This document shows, piece by piece, positions 63,394-64,000 of a stretch of DNA of 64,000 nt (positions are counted from its first letter, which is position 1; each line of letters begins with the position of its first letter). The notes under the pieces are model-generated. The model worked only from the letters and a program-made list of their open reading frames with translations. It was not told the DNA's origin and did no database searches. The stretch is taken from the IMG/VR virus record IMGVR_UViG_3300037851_000671, positions 128,001 through 192,000 of that record; one strand, written 5' to 3'. The position numbers were made by a program, and so were the translations under genes. This DNA comes from a virus. Its lineage: Duplodnaviria; Caudoviricetes.

Positions 63394-64000
63394 TTACTTT
63401 CTTGATGCTCTCTTTACTGTCTCTGACCGTTTCAAGAGAACAGGATCAACTACCGAATCTGGAGGGAAAGCCATAAGCTGGGCAATCTCTTTTCTATCGC
63501 TCATCTTTCCAAACTCAGCCAAATCCTCTCTCCTGTAAATGCCAAAAGAATGCCTCATTCTCTTGAAATTATCAACATTACTTTGTCTGATATCTTTCAT
63601 TGGGTAGAATTCTGTACGAAGACCATCACCATGAGGTATGCTGTGAATGTTGGCAGCATCTATACAAACAAACTTGAACTTGTGCTTTCCGTATAGCCGC
63701 AAACGATACTCAAGATCCTCAGCTCCCCAATTTACAAACTTCTCATCAAATCCACCAGATTCAACATACATATCTTTTGATAAGACAAGAAATCCAACCA
63801 GATCTTTTTTCTCTTCACATGGCGAAACTATTATGAAATGCTCTTTAGAAATGTGTTCTGATATCGAATCCCAGAAGCCTTTTGAAACGAGAGTATCAGC
63901 ATCGAAATACAAAAGATAATCAGCGCCAAGATCAATGGCTTTTTTGGCACCAGCATTCAACGCTACTGTTTTTCTGAACACATCATCATAAGGTGTCATC
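63394..64000 (-). CDS. GT-A glycosyltransferase (GT2/GT7-like; 5' end probably outside window)
   Basis: NAGA, YFDAD, GGFDEKFVNWGAEDLE. Confidence 0.85.
   Translation of the reverse strand, partial: MTPYDDVFRKTVALNAGAKKAIDLGADYLLYFDADTLVSKGFWDSISEHISKEHFIIVSPCEEKKDLVGFLVLSKDMYVESGGFDEKFVNWGAEDLEYRLRLYGKHKFKFVCIDAANIHSIPHGDGLRTEFYPMKDIRQSNVDNFKRMRHSFGIYRREDLAEFGKMSDRKEIAQLMAFPPDSVVDPVLLKRSETVKRASRK

Overview
A 64 kb segment of a large (jumbo-type) tailed dsDNA phage genome; no capsid or terminase gene is visible and the host cannot be fixed from sequence alone. The + strand (1-28.5 kb) carries sugar epimerase genes, a tubulin/FtsZ-family GTPase, SF2, DnaC-like and DnaB-like replication genes, a sigma factor, an intein-containing class II ribonucleotide reductase, MetAP, a histone-H1-like protein, a ~2060-aa tail-fibre-like protein and three LamG paralogues. 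The - strand (28.5-64 kb) carries two peptidoglycan hydrolases, a macrodomain, IF-1, glycan enzymes, a Ro60/TROVE protein, ThyX, IMPDH/GMPR, a PARP1-like enzyme, HAD/HD RNA-end enzymes and nine tRNAs. The strongest unexplained signal is non-coding: a co-oriented cluster of structured RNAs (37414-37826) sharing a covarying terminal stem with a CG-CGC / UUU-CG motif, one of them a circularly permuted tRNA mimic (YrlA-like). A CCA-ending tRNA-like leader precedes the TROVE gene, a fourth motif copy sits in an mRNA leader (57082-57145), and an unassigned 140-nt RNA lies between two tRNA-Gly genes. Together these suggest a phage Ro60 system with several Y-like RNAs. Also notable: two homing endonuclease cassettes that each leave an orphan 5' stub of their target gene, a recurring ATATTC-N12-ATG candidate late promoter, and a PARP writer plus macrodomain eraser pair. 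All family calls are from motif recognition by eye, not database searches.
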